From Azolla caroliniana (Eukaryota > Plantae > Polypodiophyta): a stretch of 64,000 nucleotides of DNA. Position numbers and translations under genes: made by a program. The stretch covers positions 10,106,001 through 10,170,000 of the forward strand of contig JBHGNT010000010.1 of NCBI GenBank assembly GCA_043228905.1. The letters run 5' to 3'. How positions within the stretch are numbered: the first letter of the stretch is position 1; each line of letters starts with the position of its first letter. The notes beneath the pieces are model-generated. The model had not been told where the DNA came from. It ran no database searches and saw nothing but the letters and a program-made list of their open reading frames with translations. Below are positions 62,224 to 64,000 of this stretch, one piece after another.

Positions 62224-64000
62224 TGTTATGCAATGGAAGCAAGCCATGTGTGTGTGAGAGTGCACGTAAGGCAACACACACACACACACACACACACAAC
62301 TTGAACAAGAAGCTATATTACATCCAACAATCATGACTAAGTTACAAAGAGTTGGTTTAAATACCAACTAGTCTAGGGCAAGTGCCCTTTCTACTAATTA
62401 CAAATCTAGCCTAGTATGATGTCCACTAGCTAGTGTGAACATTGTCTCTATGGGAGGTTGAGTTCGATTCTCAACACACCCCTTCAAACACAACTTCCAG
62501 ATGCCAAAAAGTTGGTTCTGTTCGATCTTTGAAAAATTTCAATTCAACTGAATCAACTTTAGCTTTCGACTGCTCAATTACTTCATGCTCCTTGTTCAGC
62601 TCTTGGCTCGATTGTTATGGTACTTCAACTCCTTTGGTCAACTTCGATCAACTTATCGGCTGTTGTTTGACATCAATGATCAATGTTGTTTTTCAGTACT
62701 CCCCCTCAAGCGTGGCTGGTGGATGATGGAGAGACCAAGGTCCGTCCCGAATTGCCGCAGCATGTCGATCCCGATCGTTTTTATGAAGATGTCAGCTACG
62801 TGAAAATTCATGCTAATGTGTTGTAAATCGACATCTCCAACCTGAATGCGCTCTCGTATGAAGTGGTAGTCCACTTCGATATGCTTAGTCCGCGCGTGGA
62901 ATACAAGATTCTGAGCCAAGTAGATATTTCTCATGTTGTCGCAATATAGGAAAATTGGATCCTTGATGGGAATGCCCAAATCCTCAGTATGTGCTTTAGC
63001 CAGACGGCCTCGTATGTGGCAACTATTGCGCCCCTGTATTCGGCCTATGTGCTCGACAGTGTGATTGTTGACTGCTTTTTGCTGCTCCAAGAGATTGCTC
63101 CACGGCCAAGGGAGAAGACAAATCCCGAAGTCGATCGTCTATCGGCCTTATAGCGGGCCCATTCTGCATTCGTGTACTCTTAGGAGGGGAGTGATCGTAT
63201 CCGACTTGTATATGATGCTGAAATCCATCATCCCACAAACATACCTAAGTACCCCCTTAGCATAATCGAGATGAACATTTCAAGGATTTTGCGTGAATTA
63301 GCTAAGTAAGCCGACTGAATAGCTGAGTTCGGGTCGTGTGATGGTTAGATAGATTAGGCTACGGATCAGTTGTTGATACACAGTCGGCACACTCTTTTAT
63401 TCCCAAATCGGCATTGAGTTTGAGATTTCGATCGAGAGGGGTAGACACAAGTTTGCACTTTGTCATTCCGAACTTGTCGAGTAAGTTGAGAATGTAGTGT
63501 CTTTGAGAGATCAATATCCAGATTGGTGTCTGAATTATTTCGATACCAGGGAAGTAATGGAGCTCGTGCATATCTTTCATTTCAAATTTGTCGGATAAGA
63601 ATGATTTGACCTTATTGATCTCGGCGAGATCCTTGCCTCCAGATCATCCACATACAGGATGATAACAATCGGGTTCTGCGACTCATTTCAGATGAAGGGA
63701 ACCTGATTTGGTATGGATATTGGGTGATTTTTGAGTGCCAAGCACACATTGCTTGCTTGACACCGTATAAAGGATTCTGGAGTCGGCATACTGCTTTCAG
63801 GTGTTTGCTCAATTTGAAACCGGGTGGTTGAAACATGAAGACCTCCTTGTCTAATTTTCCTTGGAGAAAGCCGTTCTTTACATCCATTTGGTGGAGATGC
63901 CACCCTTGTGCAGCTACAAGAGCGATGATTGTTCGAACAGTCGTCATCTTTGCCACCGAGGCAAAGCTCTCTTCGTAATTGACTCCGTGTCTTTGAGTGT
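62224..64000 (-). mobile_element. Copia 3' part (RT, RNase H, PPT, LTR), running off the window end
   Basis: WHLHQMDVKNGFLQG, YCDN, HARTKHIEVDYHFIRE, ADIFIK; PPT-like gagggggag at about 62699-62707. Confidence 0.85.

Overview
Eukaryotic, AT-rich nuclear DNA from a land plant, probably a non-seed plant such as a fern (inferred from the TE lineages, not proven). Host genes are limited to the last exon of a soluble epoxide hydrolase and a degenerate MADS-box; the rest is mostly nested transposable elements: Copia, L1, RTE-X-like LINEs, a Tcn1-type chromovirus, tRNA-Trp-primed and tRNA-Arg-related Gypsy-type elements, and captured PPR and EBP2 gene fragments. Main observations: (1) a 6.1-kb Sola-like DNA transposon (29-bp TIRs, 4-bp TSD) carries, head-to-head with its transposase, a spliced gene for a bacterial-type beta-class N4-C/N6-A DNA methyltransferase homologue; (2) four different Trp-primed LTR families each hold an antisense tRNA-like Pol III cassette in the LTR; (3) three of them are non-autonomous and carry long unusual ORFs instead of pol; (4) one LTR family has a copy of a tRNA-Arg 3' end where the polypurine tract should be. 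Family assignments come from motif recognition by eye; no database searches were run.
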